DNA from: Candidatus Kerfeldbacteria bacterium | GTDB taxonomy: Bacteria; Patescibacteriota; Patescibacteriia; UBA9570 | DNA: 62,218 nt | Assembly: GCA_016182495.1 (NCBI GenBank) | Contig: JACPGK010000020.1 | Span: forward strand, 1-62,218 | Direction of reading: 5' to 3' | Part shown: piece after piece, positions 38,804 to 49,690 of the stretch | Numbering within the stretch: position 1 is the first letter of the stretch | How the letters are laid out: each line of letters starts with the position of its first letter | Notes under the pieces: generated by a model | The model's input: only the letters and a program-made list of their open reading frames with translations | Databases searched by the model: none | Told to the model about the DNA's origin: nothing | Program-made: the position numbers and the translations under genes

Positions 38804-39984
38804 ACGATCTTCTTCGACAAACTTGTCACGACACTATTACAGAAATCAAGCATGCTGGCCTGTATAAAAATCAGCGCGTCATTAGCACACGGCAGGGCAC
38901 GCACGTCACCGTTGCTGGCCAAGACTATCTTAATTTCTGCGCCAATAATTATTTAGGGCTATCTGGTAAACAAGAATTGGTTGATATTGCCAAACAAGCG
39001 GTTGAGCAGTATGGCTTTGGTTTATCATCAGTCCGTTTTATTTGCGGCACGCAAACTATTCACCACGAACTCGAACAAAAATTAGCCAGCTGGTTTCATA
39101 AAGAAGCTGCCATTACCTTTACGTCATGTTGGGATGCGAACGAAGCTGTGTTTGCCACTTTGCTCACCGCTGCTGACGCTATCATTACCGATGAACTGAA
39201 TCACGCCAGTTTGATTGATGGCATGCGGTTATGCAAAGCTGACCGTCATATTTTCAAACACATGGATATGGCCGATCTCGAGCAACAGCTCAACGATACA
39301 CAAACGAAACGGTTACGCTGTATTGTGACTGACGGTGTTTTTAGTATGGATGGCGATGTGGCACCACTCAAAGCCATTTGTGATTTGGCTGACCACTATA
39401 ATGCCTATGTGGTGGTTGATGATTCCCATGCCAGCGGTTTTATGGGCGCAACCGGTCGGGGAGCCGTTGAACAGGCTGGTGTGTTAAATCGGGTGGATAT
39501 TATTACAACAACATTCGGTAAAGCCTTAGGCGGTTCTAATGGTGGCTGTATTATTAGTTCAGCCAGTGTCATCGAGCTATTACACCAGCGGGCTCGCACT
39601 ACCTTGTTCACCAATTCGTTATCACCAATGATAGCGGCGGTAACGATGTTTGTGCTTGATTATGTCGATCAGCATCCGGAATTGCGCGAACAACTGTGGG
39701 CCAACACCGATTATTTTCGATCAGGTATGATTCAGGCTGGCTTTACGGTGCCAACATCAGTGCATCCAATTGTGCCGGTAATGATAGGGGATGGTAAAAT
39801 TGCCAATGCCATGGCTAACGATATGTTAAATGAGGGGATTTACGTTATTGGGTTTAGCCACCCGGTAGTACCCATGGGTAAAGCCCGTATTCGTGTGCAA
39901 ATTTCAGCCAGCCATACCACCGATCAAATCGATCAATTGTTAACAGCATTTACGAAATTAGGAAAAAAATATAAGATTATTTAA
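38800..39984 (+). CDS. kbl: 2-amino-3-ketobutyrate CoA ligase
   Basis: NFCANNYLGL, SVRFICGTQ, DGVFSMDG, GKALGG, ARIRVQ. Confidence 0.96.
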   Translation: MNDLLRQTCHDTITEIKHAGLYKNQRVISTRQGTHVTVAGQDYLNFCANNYLGLSGKQELVDIAKQAVEQYGFGLSSVRFICGTQTIHHELEQKLASWFHKEAAITFTSCWDANEAVFATLLTAADAIITDELNHASLIDGMRLCKADRHIFKHMDMADLEQQLNDTQTKRLRCIVTDGVFSMDGDVAPLKAICDLADHYNAYVVVDDSHASGFMGATGRGAVEQAGVLNRVDIITTTFGKALGGSNGGCIISSASVIELLHQRARTTLFTNSLSPMIAAVTMFVLDYVDQHPELREQLWANTDYFRSGMIQAGFTVPTSVHPIVPVMIGDGKIANAMANDMLNEGIYVIGFSHPVVPMGKARIRVQISASHTTDQIDQLLTAFTKLGKKYKII

Positions 39985-40262
39985 TGCCTAAAGTTACATT
40001 CATTGCCGATAACAAAATTGTCGAAGCCGAAGCCGGCGAATTGATGCGCGAAGTGTGTCAGCGGAATGATTTTACTATTCCATTTGGCTGCGAAAACGGC
40101 GTGTGTGGCACGTGTTTAATTAGCATCAAAGAAGGGGCCGACCATTTAACCGAACCAACCAATCAAGAAAAAGAAACCCTCGATGTCATCATGGCCTATC
40201 CCGATCAACGCTTGGGCTGTCAGTGTCAAGTCCAAGGCGATGTCACGTTTGATTTAGAATAA
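39984..40262 (+). CDS. 2Fe-2S ferredoxin
   Basis: CENGVCGTC...RLGCQ. Confidence 0.92.
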   Translation: MPKVTFIADNKIVEAEAGELMREVCQRNDFTIPFGCENGVCGTCLISIKEGADHLTEPTNQEKETLDVIMAYPDQRLGCQCQVQGDVTFDLE

Positions 40263-40264
40263 TC

Positions 40265-40900
40265 ATGCTATTACATTTGCTCCAAACTCAACCATTGTAT
40301 ATTTTCCCCTGGTTAATTACGGTATTAATTTCCATTGGTATTCATGAATTTTGTCATGCCTTAGCCGGGTATCTGCAAGGCGATGATACCGCTCAACGCG
40401 AAGGCCGCTTAACATTAAATCCATTAGCGCACATTGATTGGCTAGGGTTGATGTTGTTAGTGGTAGCTGGTTTTGGCTGGGGCAAGCCAACTCCCTTTAA
40501 CCCGTATAATTTAAAGTACAAAAAATGGGGTAGTGCCATAGTATCTATGGCCGGTCCGGCCTCGAATGTGGTGTTAGCGCTAGCGTCGCTTACCGCATAC
40601 AAACTGGCTGGTTTTTCTAACCCACTATTCGATCAAATCAATTTATTAGCCGTCTTTTTATTATTCATGGTGCAAATGAATGTGGTGTTGTTTGTATTCA
40701 ATCTTATTCCAATTCCACCGCTTGATGGTTCAAAAGTATTGTACACTTTTTTAGGATATCGTCGGCAAAACATCATTGTGTGGCTAGAACGTAATGGTTT
40801 TTGGCTGCTGTTGGGCTTGGTTTTTTTAGGGCAGGGAATATTACAATGGTTAATGGGCTTTGTGTTGTTAGGGTTATACCAACTGTTTGGCTTTTTATAA
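40265..40900 (+). CDS. Site-2 protease (M50) family membrane protein
   Basis: HEFCH, AGPASN, FNLIPIPPLDG. Confidence 0.93.
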   Translation: MLLHLLQTQPLYIFPWLITVLISIGIHEFCHALAGYLQGDDTAQREGRLTLNPLAHIDWLGLMLLVVAGFGWGKPTPFNPYNLKYKKWGSAIVSMAGPASNVVLALASLTAYKLAGFSNPLFDQINLLAVFLLFMVQMNVVLFVFNLIPIPPLDGSKVLYTFLGYRRQNIIVWLERNGFWLLLGLVFLGQGILQWLMGFVLLGLYQLFGFL

Positions 40901-40986
40901 AAGATTTTTCAAACCGCAAACTATCCATCGAATAGAAAAAATGGTATACTGCCATTAAGCAATTAACCATAACACTATATAATTTT

Positions 40987-41694
40987 ATGCGTCGTTTTGT
41001 AATGTTCAGTCTACTCGTTAGCCTGATGATCGTTGTACCTACTATGGCCGTGCGAGCACATGATTTATCTTTCACCACCAGCCCTGAAGTGTTGAGCACC
41101 GAACGGGTTGGCACCAAACCTGTTCCAACACTAATCACCTGGGCACAATCTGGTAACGCCGATGATGGCACTGTGATGGTGGATCATTTCGAAGTGGTAG
41201 TAGAAGATGATAACAATATTGAAATGGGGCGAGTCACCGTAGCCGCCGATCAGTTTAGTGTGGAAATCAACAAAACCAACCTGCCAGAATTAAAAGTGTA
41301 CGAACGCTACCACGTGTATATTGTAGAAGTGCATACCGATGCTACCGAGTACGAAGGTTATGATGAAAGTTTTTACACCGGCGTACCGAAATTGGAAAAT
41401 CTCCGAGTAAAAAATAAAGTATCCGAATTGGATGGTACGGTATCAGTCACCTTAAAGTGGCGTAAACCGACTGCTTTAAACGGTGAATATGTCACGTACG
41501 AATATAAAGTAGCTTTAAAGAAAAACGCCAGTAGCCTGGTTAAAGAAAGTAGCGACTTTGGTGACTTGAATAGTACCGATATCACTGGTTTACCGCACAA
41601 AAAATTACGCGTCAAAGTACGCGGTACCGATACCAACTACGGCACCGGTGAATGGTCAGCCTGGAAAACCTTCAGTACTCCAGCCGCCGATTAA
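40987..41694 (+). CDS. Secreted fibronectin type III protein
   Basis: Signal peptide, LKWRKP...Y...VKVRG...GEWS. Confidence 0.75.
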   Translation: MRRFVMFSLLVSLMIVVPTMAVRAHDLSFTTSPEVLSTERVGTKPVPTLITWAQSGNADDGTVMVDHFEVVVEDDNNIEMGRVTVAADQFSVEINKTNLPELKVYERYHVYIVEVHTDATEYEGYDESFYTGVPKLENLRVKNKVSELDGTVSVTLKWRKPTALNGEYVTYEYKVALKKNASSLVKESSDFGDLNSTDITGLPHKKLRVKVRGTDTNYGTGEWSAWKTFSTPAAD

Positions 41695-41718
41695 AGTATT
41701 ATCAATCAATACATTATT

Positions 41719-42387
41719 ATGTTGCGTGTCACCGGCGGTTTACTAGCCATTGTTATCACTGGCCTTTGGTGTAATTCAGCCCAGGCTTTAATTAGTCAAC
41801 CAGTAGTTGAAGCCGAAGGGTTAGGTCCAAAGCGAGCCAGTATTATTTGGGATGTACCCTCCGAAGCCACTGGTGATAAAGCCATTGTATCGTGGCAATT
41901 GCAACTGGCTGATAATTTGTCGTTTAGTGATGCTACCACTCTTACTTATGCGGCCGCTACAATTACCACTGAACTCACCCGTGATAATGGTTTGCACAGT
42001 ATCGACTTATTCTATGTGCGAGTAAAAGGCTTATACGCTGATGGTGATACCAGTAATTATGGTAGTACTACCTTTTACACTCGCCCCGGAAAATTAACCG
42101 GTTTAAAAGTGAAAGAAAAAGCCGCTACTACGGTCAGTGTTAAATGGACTAAACCCGTGCGCGAGGCTGATCAGTTGCACTACGATATTAAACTGTATCG
42201 GATTAAATCCGGCGGCAAGAAAAAATTAGTAGCCGAAGATGATGTTTATGGCATTAATAATGCTCAATTTACTGGATTAGCACCAAATAAAACTCGCTAT
42301 GCCTTTAAAGTACGGGCCCGGCACGATTCCAAGTATGGCACCGGTAAATGGTCTGATGTAAAATATTTTCGTACAGCCACTAATTAG
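41719..42387 (+). CDS. Secreted fibronectin type III protein, paralog of the upstream gene
   Basis: Signal peptide, VKWTKP...Y...FKVRA...GKWS. Confidence 0.78.
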   Translation: MLRVTGGLLAIVITGLWCNSAQALISQPVVEAEGLGPKRASIIWDVPSEATGDKAIVSWQLQLADNLSFSDATTLTYAAATITTELTRDNGLHSIDLFYVRVKGLYADGDTSNYGSTTFYTRPGKLTGLKVKEKAATTVSVKWTKPVREADQLHYDIKLYRIKSGGKKKLVAEDDVYGINNAQFTGLAPNKTRYAFKVRARHDSKYGTGKWSDVKYFRTATN

Positions 42388-42395
42388 CGTGCGTG

Positions 42396-42423
42396 TTGAC
42401 AGATATTATTCGTTTGCTATAGT
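42396..42423 (+). promoter_or_regulatory. str operon promoter
   Basis: TTGACA 42396-42401, 16 bp, TG-c-TATAGT 42418-42423. Confidence 0.75.
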
Positions 42424-42433
42424 AAGCGGCGCT

Positions 42434-42847
42434 ATGCCAACAATTAATCAGCTCGTCCGCCAGGGGCGTCGCCAAATTACTAAAAAATCAACCGTACCGG
42501 CATTGACTAGTCATTTTAATGCTTTACAGCGGCGGCGACGTATGTTACCGCAAGGTAGTCCGTTTAAGCGCGGTGTTTGTACTAAGGTTACCACCACTAC
42601 TCCTAAAAAACCAAACTCGGCCTTACGTAAAATTGCTCGGGTCCGATTATCCAACGGCATGGAAGTCACTGCCTATATTCCAGGCGAGGGCCATAATTTA
42701 CAAGAACACTCTATTGTGTTAGTGCGTGGCGGCCGGGTACACGATTTACCAGGGGTACGTTATCATATTGTACGCGGTGTCTATGATACCGCTGGCGTGG
42801 ATAATCGCAAACGCAGTCGTTCCCTATACGGTCGTAAGAAAAAATAA
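42434..42847 (+). CDS. rpsL: 30S ribosomal protein S12
   Basis: [17 protein letters not shown]; true start ATG 42434. Confidence 0.98.
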   Translation: MPTINQLVRQGRRQITKKSTVPALTSHFNALQRRRRMLPQGSPFKRGVCTKVTTTTPKKPNSALRKIARVRLSNGMEVTAYIPGEGHNLQEHSIVLVRGGRVHDLPGVRYHIVRGVYDTAGVDNRKRSRSLYGRKKK

Positions 42848-42852
42848 TATTT

Positions 42853-43317
42853 ATGCGCGGAAAATCAGCTCCTAAACGATCAATCCTGCCCGATCCAGTG
42901 TACAACAACACTGCGCTGGCTAAGTTTATGAATTATATAATGGTTAATGGTAAAAAAACCATTGCCCGAGCCGTGGTGTATGGTGCTTTTAAATATATTG
43001 AAGATAAATCTGGTGAAAAAGGATTAGATGTATTCGATAAAGCCATGCGTAATGTTTCACCGTTAGTGGAAGTACGTGCCCGCCGCATTGGTGGGGCGAA
43101 CTATCAAGTGCCCGTTGAAGTAAAAGGTGATCGTCGTTTTAATCTAGCTTCGCGTTGGTTAATTCAAGCAGCTCGATCTCGTAAAGGTAAGCCAATGCGT
43201 GAAAAATTAGCTCTCGAACTAATGGATGCCGCTCAAAATCAGGGTGATGCCGTTAAAAAACGGCAAGATGTGCATCGCATGGCCGAATCCAATCGCGCCT
43301 TTGCTCACTTTGCTTAA
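42853..43317 (+). CDS. rpsG: 30S ribosomal protein S7
   Basis: RRIGGANYQVP, MAESNRAFAH. Confidence 0.98.
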   Translation: MRGKSAPKRSILPDPVYNNTALAKFMNYIMVNGKKTIARAVVYGAFKYIEDKSGEKGLDVFDKAMRNVSPLVEVRARRIGGANYQVPVEVKGDRRFNLASRWLIQAARSRKGKPMREKLALELMDAAQNQGDAVKKRQDVHRMAESNRAFAHFA

Positions 43318-43329
43318 GCAAAGCTGCAT

Positions 43330-43358
43330 TTGTCAAAGTATTTAAAAAATGCTATAAT
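43330..43358 (+). promoter_or_regulatory. Internal sigma70 promoter
   Basis: TTGTCA 43330-43335, 17 bp, TG-c-TATAAT 43353-43358. Confidence 0.8.
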
Positions 43359-43392
43359 TATTATATTCTAAGTATTTATCATATTTCATAAT

Positions 43393-43818
43393 ATGAAACA
43401 CGCCATTACTCGAGCAGGCATTACTTTGCTTGCTTTAGCTGCCCCGGCCCTAGCCTTAGGCCAAACCTACGACTACGATTATAATTATGACGATTATAAC
43501 TACGACTATAATTATAATTACGATGATTATAATTATGACTATGATGAAGAAGCTGGTGCAGCCTTTGCTGCTTTAGGTATTGGCTTTATGATTTTTGCCT
43601 TCTTTGCCGGTTTAATTGGTTTGGTTTGTTTTGTGTTTACCATTTGGATGATTATTGATGCGGCTAAGCGCAATTTTGATCAAAAAGTATTGTGGATTTT
43701 ATTAATGGTATTTCTAGGCTTTATTCCAGCCGTGATCTACTATTTCATGATCAAACGTAAAAACGTCACCGGTGCTGGTAAATCTGCTGCTGCAACTGTG
43801 ACACCGCCAAAACAATAA
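43393..43818 (+). CDS. Membrane protein with signal peptide, Tyr-Asp/Asn repeat and PLDc_N-like domain
   Basis: WMIIDAAKR...KVLWILL...G.IPAVIYYF pattern. Confidence 0.75.
   Translation: MKHAITRAGITLLALAAPALALGQTYDYDYNYDDYNYDYNYNYDDYNYDYDEEAGAAFAALGIGFMIFAFFAGLIGLVCFVFTIWMIIDAAKRNFDQKVLWILLMVFLGFIPAVIYYFMIKRKNVTGAGKSAAATVTPPKQ
43468..43545 (+). repeat. Degenerate in-frame tandem repeat encoding YDYDYNYDDYNYDYNYNYDDYNYDYD
   Basis: Alternating TAY and GAY/AAY codons. Confidence 0.85.
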
Positions 43819-43858
43819 ATTAATCACATTTTATTAACCATCATGTATTGTATGGCCC

Positions 43859-46009
43859 ATGCCTAATTCAGAATTCAACCTACAAAGGGTCCGTAACATT
43901 GGTATTATCGCTCACATTGATGCCGGAAAAACCACTGTTAGTGAACGGATTTTATTTTATACCGGAAAAAAACATAAAATCGGTGAAGTTCATGAAGGTG
44001 AAGCCACTATGGATTGGATGGAACAAGAACGGGAGCGTGGTATTACCATTACGGCCGCTGCTACCACTGCTTTTTGGGCCATGCCCGAATGGTTAGGCGG
44101 TGGCAAAACTTGGATTAATATTATCGATACACCTGGCCACGTTGATTTTACGGTAGAAGTCGAACGATCACTGCGCGTACTGGATGGCGGCGTGGTCGTG
44201 TTTGATGGTGTAGCCGGAGTAGAGCCGCAATCTGAAACGGTTTGGCATCAAGCCGATAAATATAATGTACCGCGCATTTGTTTTATTAATAAACTCGATC
44301 GCACCGGCGCAGATTTTTATGCTGACCTGGCTTCTATCCACGAACGCTTAACTAAAAAAGCCTACCCGATTCAGTTACCAATTGGCACCGAAGATAATTT
44401 TCGAGGCATGGTTGATTTGATTGAACAAAAAGCCATTCTCTATAAAGATGATCTCGGTAAAGAAATTGATATTACTGATGTGCCAGCCGAGATGGTTGAT
44501 AAAGTAGCCGAATATCGGGGTAAACTAGTTGAGGCCGTGGTTGAACATGACGAAGCCTTAATGAATGCCTATTTAGAAGGTACCGAACCCACCGTGGAAC
44601 AGTTGAAAAAAACTTTACGCAAAGCCGTGGTCAGCAGTCAACTTATCCCAGTACTATGCGGTAGTGCTTTAAAAAATAAAGGTGTCCAATCATTACTTGA
44701 TGCCGTGGCTGCCTATTTACCATCACCGCTCGATTTACCTCCAGTCACTGCCCATGATTATAAAAATCAGGAAACCATGGTTACGCGAGAGCCAAATCCC
44801 ACCGCTCCAGTGGCCGCGTTGGCATTTAAAGTAGCCACCGATCCATTTGTTGGGCGATTAATTTTTGTCCGGGTATATTCTGGCACTCTTAAATCTGGCA
44901 CCTATGCTTTAAATACCACTTCAGGCAGTAAAGAACGTATTTCTCGCATCTTACGGATGCACGCTAATCATCGTGAAGAAATCGATGAGATTCAAGCCGG
45001 TGACATTGCTGCGGTAGTTGGATTAAAAGATACGGTCACCGCTGATACTTTGTGTGATCCGGATCAGCCAGTAGTTTTAGAAAAAATTATTTTTCCTGAA
45101 CCAGTGATTGCCGTTGCCATTGAACCGAGAACTAAGGCCGATCAAGAAAAAATGGCCATTGCGTTACAAAAATTGGGCGAGGAAGATCCCACTTTTCGAG
45201 TAGAAAGTAATCAAGAAACCGGCCAAACGCTTATTTCTGGTATGGGTGAATTGCACTTAGAAATTATCGTCGATCGCATGAAGCGTGAATTCAATGTTGA
45301 GGCCAATGTCGGTAAACCGCAAGTCGCCTACAAAGAAACGATTCGAGCTCAAGCTGAAGCCGAAGGCAAATATATTAAACAAACTGGTGGCCGTGGCCAA
45401 TATGGTCATTGTTACTTAACTATTGAGCCGCTCACCCAAGCTGATAAAGATAAAGCCGAGGATAAAGATTTGAACTTTTTGTTTGTTGACGCGGTTAAAG
45501 GTGGACGTATTCCTAAAGAATATATTGGCCCAGTAGAAAAAGGCGTTAAGGAAGCCATGGATAAAGGCGTCTTAGCCGGTTATCCATTACTGAATATTAA
45601 AGTGACGGTGACGGATGGTAGTTACCACGAAGTTGATTCATCTGAATTAGCTTTTAAAATGGCTGGTTCAATGGCTTTTCAGGATGGCGTGCGTAAAGCC
45701 AGCCCAGTGTTACTAGAACCAGTGATGCGAGTAGCTGTGGTAACGCCCGAAGATTATATGGGTGACGTGATTGGTGATTTAAACTCAAAACGTGGTCAAA
45801 TTTTAGAAATGGGCAATCGCGGCCAAACCAAATTGATTGATGCGTTCGTACCACTGGGAGAAATGTTTGGGTACGCTACCCAGTTACGGTCTATTTCTCA
45901 AGGCCGAGCCTCCTATTCCATGCAATTCGAAAAATACGACGAAGTACCGCACCATGTGGCTCAAACCATGATCGAAAAAAGCCTAGCCGCCCGCGCCAAA
46001 GGTAGATAA
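43859..46009 (+). CDS. fusA: Elongation factor G
   Basis: [28 protein letters not shown]. Confidence 0.99.
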   Translation: MPNSEFNLQRVRNIGIIAHIDAGKTTVSERILFYTGKKHKIGEVHEGEATMDWMEQERERGITITAAATTAFWAMPEWLGGGKTWINIIDTPGHVDFTVEVERSLRVLDGGVVVFDGVAGVEPQSETVWHQADKYNVPRICFINKLDRTGADFYADLASIHERLTKKAYPIQLPIGTEDNFRGMVDLIEQKAILYKDDLGKEIDITDVPAEMVDKVAEYRGKLVEAVVEHDEALMNAYLEGTEPTVEQLKKTLRKAVVSSQLIPVLCGSALKNKGVQSLLDAVAAYLPSPLDLPPVTAHDYKNQETMVTREPNPTAPVAALAFKVATDPFVGRLIFVRVYSGTLKSGTYALNTTSGSKERISRILRMHANHREEIDEIQAGDIAAVVGLKDTVTADTLCDPDQPVVLEKIIFPEPVIAVAIEPRTKADQEKMAIALQKLGEEDPTFRVESNQETGQTLISGMGELHLEIIVDRMKREFNVEANVGKPQVAYKETIRAQAEAEGKYIKQTGGRGQYGHCYLTIEPLTQADKDKAEDKDLNFLFVDAVKGGRIPKEYIGPVEKGVKEAMDKGVLAGYPLLNIKVTVTDGSYHEVDSSELAFKMAGSMAFQDGVRKASPVLLEPVMRVAVVTPEDYMGDVIGDLNSKRGQILEMGNRGQTKLIDAFVPLGEMFGYATQLRSISQGRASYSMQFEKYDEVPHHVAQTMIEKSLAARAKGR

Positions 46010-46052
46010 TAATATACCCAAGTGTTCGTTAAGTCGTGATATACTAATTAAT

Positions 46053-47195
46053 ATGTTACGATTATTTTCTTCATACGCCGATCCTTTTGAAAAAATTGTT
46101 GATCGTTTTTTTAAAAAAATTTCCAACCGCAGTAATCCGCGCGTGGTGCATCAGCAGCTCGAGCGTCTATTACAGCACAATGTGGTAATCGTGAATTTGT
46201 TCATGGAAAAAAAGTTTAAAAATTATCGCTACCTTACCACTGCCACTCGTCAACGCTTGTATACGAATACTCAAAAACTGGCTACGGCCTTTGATCAGTT
46301 TGTGCAACAGTATCAGGTTGATGCCAATCTGTTTCCTAAAGTTTTTGAACAATACCAGGTAGGTTGGCAATCCAATTGGACCGATCAGTTGAGGTATCTT
46401 TCCGCTATCATGGCTTTTTTAAAGCCCGGGCAGCGGTATCAGTATATTAAGTCGGCTAGCTTTGGTAAATTATTGCAAGATCCAGCCAACACCATTTTGC
46501 AAGGGGATTGTAATCAAATTGTGACGTTGTATACCTATTTGTATGCTCGTAAATTTCCGATTACCGATTTACAAGCCAAAGTTCTGCCCGAGCACGTCTG
46601 CTTACATTTTCATGGCATTGATATCGAAGCTACCAATGCCACCTTTACCTATTATCCCAGCTATGATTACCTGGTGCAGATTTCAGAATTAACAGCTATT
46701 AATTTGTTGGATGTCAGTGATTTTCGCGAAAACACCGCTCCGATCAGTAAAAAAACGTTATTAAAAAGTGCCCAACTGGCCTATGTCATTAGCAGCTTGC
46801 GCGATTTAGTAAAGCGCAATCTCACCGTGGCATATCACAATTTAACATTGTATGCCGTTGAGCGGCACGATTATCGTAATGCTCTATTGTATGCTAAAAC
46901 TATTCGGCAAAAACAGTTATTCACCTATGTACTGCAGGCCCAAGCTGCTCATTATTACAACGCTAACCAACTCGGCCAGGCTCGCAAACTTTACCAGCAG
47001 TTACACGATGTCAAAATGATCCAGGCTACCTATCAAAAAGAGTACAATCAATTAGCCAGTCGTATGCCAACCACTCGCACCATAGCCGATCTTAAACGTT
47101 ATCGGTCACGCTATAAAAAATTACTGCAAATTGCTACCAAGGCAGGGCTAACCGAGCAGGTGAATCAAATTAAATCAGTATTAAGACAGATTTAG
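46053..47195 (+). CDS. Hypothetical protein with transglutaminase-like Cys-His-acid motif and helical C-terminus
   Basis: GDCNQ...PEHVCL...IDIEAT; TG-a-TATACT 46040-46045 lies 8 nt before the ATG. Confidence 0.6.
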   Translation: MLRLFSSYADPFEKIVDRFFKKISNRSNPRVVHQQLERLLQHNVVIVNLFMEKKFKNYRYLTTATRQRLYTNTQKLATAFDQFVQQYQVDANLFPKVFEQYQVGWQSNWTDQLRYLSAIMAFLKPGQRYQYIKSASFGKLLQDPANTILQGDCNQIVTLYTYLYARKFPITDLQAKVLPEHVCLHFHGIDIEATNATFTYYPSYDYLVQISELTAINLLDVSDFRENTAPISKKTLLKSAQLAYVISSLRDLVKRNLTVAYHNLTLYAVERHDYRNALLYAKTIRQKQLFTYVLQAQAAHYYNANQLGQARKLYQQLHDVKMIQATYQKEYNQLASRMPTTRTIADLKRYRSRYKKLLQIATKAGLTEQVNQIKSVLRQI

Positions 47196-47231
47196 TTTAA
47201 TTTGTCAAATATAGGACAAAATTTAGCCTAC

Positions 47232-47288
47232 TTATCCACAAGCCTTCCAGAGGGTATGTCTTTACACCCAAGCAAACATTGCTATAAT
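47232..47288 (+). promoter_or_regulatory. tuf promoter preceded by one consensus DnaA box
   Basis: TTATCCACA 47232-47240; TTTACA 47261-47266, 16 bp, TG-c-TATAAT 47283-47288. Confidence 0.65.
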
Positions 47289-47366
47289 AACCCAGCTATC
47301 TTTGCAAAAACCAGTCCTTGGTTTATTTAATTTGTTTGCATATAACCTTTTCTTAATACTAACAAT

Positions 47367-48560
47367 ATGGCAGCAGAAGTCTTTGTACGGAATAAGCCTC
47401 ACTTAAATGTAGGCACACTTGGTCACGTGGATCATGGTAAAACCACTACCACCGCGGCTATTTTAGCAGTATTAAATGCCCAGGGTGGTAAGGCTACTTC
47501 GAAAAGCGTAGATCAAATTGATAACGCTCCAGAAGAACGGGAACGTGGTATTACTATCAACACTGCTCACGTTGAATACGAAACCGAAAAGCGTCACTAT
47601 GCCCATATTGATTGTCCCGGACACGCTGACTACATCAAAAACATGATTACTGGTGCAGCTCAAATGGACGGTGCTATTTTAGTGGTATCAGCCGCCGATG
47701 GCCCCATGCCACAAACGCGAGAGCATATTTTGTTAGCTCGTCAGGTAGGCGTACCAACCTTTGTAGTGTTTTTGAATAAAGTTGATCAAGTAGAAGATGA
47801 AGAGTTATTGATGTTAGTTGAAGAAGAAGTTCGCGATTTACTTAAAAAATATGGTTTTGATGCAGAGAAAATTCCAATTGTACGCGGATCGGCCTTAAAA
47901 GCCTTAGAAAATCCTAGCGATGCAACTGCTACCAAACCAATCATGGATGTGTTGAATGCTTTAGATGAGCATATTCCTGAACCATCTCGCCCAGTTGATA
48001 AGCCATTTTTGATGGCCGTGGAAGACGTGTTATCAATTGAAGGTCGTGGTACCGTAGTGACCGGGCGTATTGAAAGCGGTATGGTGAAAGTAGGCGATGA
48101 AGTAGAAATCGTTGGGATTCGCGAAACACAAAAAACCACCGTCATTGGTATTGAAATGTTCAATAAAACGTTGAATGAAGGCCAAGCCGGTGATAACGCT
48201 GGTATTTTACTGCGCGGTATCAAGAAAGAAGAAGTAGAACGTGGCCAAGTGTTATGCAAAGCTGGCACAATTACACCACACACTGAATTTGAAGCCGAAG
48301 TGTATATTTTGTCCAAAGAAGAAGGTGGTCGCCACAAACCGTTCATGAATGGCTATAAACCTCAATTCTACATGCGGACAACCGATGTGACTGGTGAAAT
48401 TGTGTTACCGCAAGGCACCGAAATGGCTATGCCAGGCGATACCTTAAATTTGGTGGTAAAATTAATCGTACCAGTCGCCATGAATGAAAAACAATCCTTC
48501 TCCATTCGCGAAGGTGGAAAAACAGTCGGAGCGGGCGTTGTTACCAAGATTGTAAAATAA
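47367..48560 (+). CDS. tuf: Elongation factor Tu
   Basis: [20 protein letters not shown]. Confidence 0.99.
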   Translation: MAAEVFVRNKPHLNVGTLGHVDHGKTTTTAAILAVLNAQGGKATSKSVDQIDNAPEERERGITINTAHVEYETEKRHYAHIDCPGHADYIKNMITGAAQMDGAILVVSAADGPMPQTREHILLARQVGVPTFVVFLNKVDQVEDEELLMLVEEEVRDLLKKYGFDAEKIPIVRGSALKALENPSDATATKPIMDVLNALDEHIPEPSRPVDKPFLMAVEDVLSIEGRGTVVTGRIESGMVKVGDEVEIVGIRETQKTTVIGIEMFNKTLNEGQAGDNAGILLRGIKKEEVERGQVLCKAGTITPHTEFEAEVYILSKEEGGRHKPFMNGYKPQFYMRTTDVTGEIVLPQGTEMAMPGDTLNLVVKLIVPVAMNEKQSFSIREGGKTVGAGVVTKIVK

Positions 48561-48563
48561 AAA

Positions 48564-48908
48564 ATGACTGTTAAAAAAAACGTTGACAATTCAGAAGAAG
48601 AAGTCGAGCAGCGTATTCGGGTGAAAATTCGAGCCTACGACAGTAAAATTATCGATCAATCCTGCAAAACGATTCGTGAAACAGCTAAACGGACTGGGGC
48701 AGAAGTACGCGGCCCAATTCCGCTGCCGACCGAAAAAAATCGTTACACGGTACTGCGTTCAACTTTCGTACACAAAAATGCTCGTGATCAATACGAAATC
48801 AGAACGCATAAACGATTGATTGATATCTACAACCCAACGGCCAAAACTATTGATGAACTGTCGCATCTCAACTTGCCAGCCGGCGTGGATGTTGAAATAA
48901 AAATGTAA
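48564..48908 (+). CDS. rpsJ: 30S ribosomal protein S10
   Basis: [24 protein letters not shown]. Confidence 0.98.
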   Translation: MTVKKNVDNSEEEVEQRIRVKIRAYDSKIIDQSCKTIRETAKRTGAEVRGPIPLPTEKNRYTVLRSTFVHKNARDQYEIRTHKRLIDIYNPTAKTIDELSHLNLPAGVDVEIKM

Positions 48909-49081
48909 AATAAAAACCATCTTATTACAGTGTCTGTATCGGCGCATGAGAATGATCCACCATTGAACCGGATATCGCTCAAGTACTAGTACAAACAACA
49001 GGAGCTAACCCAGCAGTCAATAAATTTTAGCCAATTCAACCGTGATAACTGTATTGTGATCGGGTGCATCACAATTTTTTT

Positions 49082-49690
49082 ATGAAAAAATTCATTGTCG
49101 GAAAAAAACTCTCCATGGATCAAATTTTCAATGATGATGGTGTTATTGTACCAGTCACCGTGATTGGTATTGAACCATGTGTGGTGACTCAAGTAAAAAC
49201 AGTTGATCACGAAGGTTATCAAGCAGTGCAAATTGGTTATGGTAAGCGCAAAGCAAAAAATATTGCTAAACCGCAACGTGGACAGTTTAAAGAGTTAGGC
49301 AATTTTGCCGGCGTACGTGAATTTCGAGTAGATGATGTTAGCTGTCAGGTTGGTGATAGTCTCAACGTGGAACAATTTCAAGTTGGCGACAAGGTGAAAG
49401 TCACAGGCACCAGTAAAGGCCGTGGTTTTCAGGGGGTCGTCAAACGGCATCATTTTCATGGCTCGCCCGCTAGTCATGGTCATAAAGATCAATTGCGTCA
49501 TTCGGGTTCAATTGGAGCGGGTGGTGTGCAGAAGGTGTTTAAAGGGATGCGCATGGGTGGACAAATGGGCAACAGTACCAGCACCGTAACTAATTTAACG
49601 ATTGTCAAAGTTGATGCCGATCAACAACAGTTGTATGTGCGCGGAGCCGTTCCTGGTGCTCGTCATTCTATTTTAGCTATTTATGCCTAA
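49082..49690 (+). CDS. rplC: 50S ribosomal protein L3
   Basis: PVTVI, SKGRGFQGVVKRH, GAVPG; start moved to ATG 49082. Confidence 0.97.
   Translation: MKKFIVGKKLSMDQIFNDDGVIVPVTVIGIEPCVVTQVKTVDHEGYQAVQIGYGKRKAKNIAKPQRGQFKELGNFAGVREFRVDDVSCQVGDSLNVEQFQVGDKVKVTGTSKGRGFQGVVKRHHFHGSPASHGHKDQLRHSGSIGAGGVQKVFKGMRMGGQMGNSTSTVTNLTIVKVDADQQQLYVRGAVPGARHSILAIYA

Noticed and set aside
43468-43545. CRISPR array or DGR variable repeat
   Set aside because: In-frame low-complexity codon repeat without spacers; no cas or reverse transcriptase gene in the window
47232-47240. Replication origin at the DnaA box
   Set aside because: Single box, no cluster or unwinding element, and no dnaA/dnaN nearby
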